NCBI RefSeq assembly: GCF_964194025.1
Contig: NC_134468.1
Coordinates: 47,616,001-47,680,000 of the forward strand
Origin: Convolutriloba macropyga
Taxonomy: Eukaryota
Direction: 5' to 3'
Length of the DNA stretch: 64,000 nt
Part shown: piece by piece, positions 62,731-64,000 of the stretch
Position numbering within the stretch: the stretch's first letter is position 1
Layout: the number at the start of each line of letters is the position of its first letter
Notes under the pieces: model-generated
The model's input: the letters and a program-made list of their open reading frames with translations, nothing else
The model's database searches: none
What the model was told of the DNA's origin: nothing
Made by a program: the position numbers and the translations under genes

Positions 62731-64000
62731 CCAATTTCATGGGTCCCTGAACTTCCGTTTTTTGCTCATAAAAAACAGCCGGAAGAATTCCAAAAACGAA
62801 CGGAAGGAGACAGTTTCTTACCTTAACTGGCATAACAACATCTTTCTTTATAATTGTTGTACTTATGAAACAACAGGAAAATGAACAATAGAAAAGTATC
62901 TGTCCAGAAAAGCTGATAAAGCATTTGATAAAAAGTTCTTTATAAGTGGTAAGTTCAGAACAACTGTATGCAAGAAAATATGCAGTACGGTTTGGATGCA
63001 ACGCAAAAGAAATGAAGGACAAAATCAAAACGTAATAAATTTTCCCAAATTCTCCCAGTAATTTGCCAACAAACTGCTAAAATGATACTTCCCAAAAATT
63101 ATTTTGAAGAACATTTGTTACTTATGCTCATGCATTCAACTACTCAAACTCTGGCTGAAATATATTGAGCAGCAAGAAAAAATACAAAGAACTAAAAAAA
63201 ACAAAGTTAGAAAATCGTTTTATCCATTACAGTGGAAGCACCCTGTGCAGCCTCCAATGACATTTTTAAGAGGAATACCTCCAATGTAAGGACGGAACAA
63301 GAGAAGCTAGAGCGAAAAGCAGAAAGTTAAAATGTATAGGAAAAACCGAAAATTGAACAACAGAAAACCTAAAAAAAAGTAAACAACAATGATCTGTAGC
63401 CAAAACAATTCAAAATAATATCAATTCATTGGAAAGGTAGCGAAAACAGCTAGAACAGCTAATTCAACAATTTTTAACGACAGAACTCCCAAATTGCTAT
63501 AAAAATTTGAAGAAGAATGCAAAGTTTGTTTCAGAAGCGTCCAAAATGGCAAATTCTAAAAAAATTTACTAACTCTTATCTCTTTCTCTAGGGACCTAAA
63601 CTCTTTGTTTTTATGCATTTCGCTTCTTGTTTTAAATATACACAACAAATTTACCAAAAAAATGAGAATAACTGAAACGACCCGAAAGTCGGTCTGCCAA
63701 ACAACTATTCCGTCAAAAAACTAGTACTTAGTGAAACTTGCCATGAAAAGAATTCAAAATCAGTCCGTGAAAAAACAAGCTCTTGAAAAACTAGAATACT
63801 TAATGAAAGTTAAAGGGCACATTGAGCCACAGAAAAGGTGCTCTGAGCAAAAAAGAATTTTGAAATGCTCGCAAAACAATAGGAAAATCATAATATATAT
63901 ATAATTTTTCTAATATTATAGGAAAAACTAAAAACGGCAAAAAATTGAGGTAAATTAGCCTTAAAATCACCAAAATAGTTAAAATATAATATTTCATCAT

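Noticed and set aside
56848-64000. Further NAA35 exons (e.g. ORF 59681-59917)
   Set aside because: No recognisable Mak10 motifs; the region looks intronic and repeat-rich, so the rest of the gene is probably beyond the window or too diverged to see.

Overview
AT-rich eukaryotic (animal-like) genomic DNA with seven N-gaps, dominated by transposable elements. The only host genes I can recognise are an intronless MLX-like bHLH-ZIP gene (4968-5666, -) and the first two coding exons of NAA35/MAK10 (56280-56847, +). Bases 1-4.9 kb are a ~1.49-kb tandem repeat. The 6-33 kb interval is mostly decayed, partly tandem CRE-clade (RT + restriction-like endonuclease) retrotransposons, followed by a Penelope-like remnant (34-35.8 kb) and a decayed CR1/L2-like LINE (50.8-54.4 kb, -). 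The standout region is 36-50.8 kb, a head-to-tail array of two related RTE-clade LINE families that end in, and appear to sit within, (TAG)n microsatellite. In both families the reverse transcriptase carries a ~175-aa insertion between RT motifs 6 and 7, made of a KOW-like motif and two R2-like C2HC zinc fingers. One copy has an HDV-like ribozyme in its 5' UTR and another has a twin-priming-type inversion. A spliced, near-intact gene for a zinc-finger/tyrosine-recombinase/Myb-like protein (Crypton-like) lies inside the array. Splice acceptors just upstream of the ATGs and an SL-like 28-mer hint at spliced-leader trans-splicing. All calls were made by eye, and the boundaries of decayed elements are approximate.
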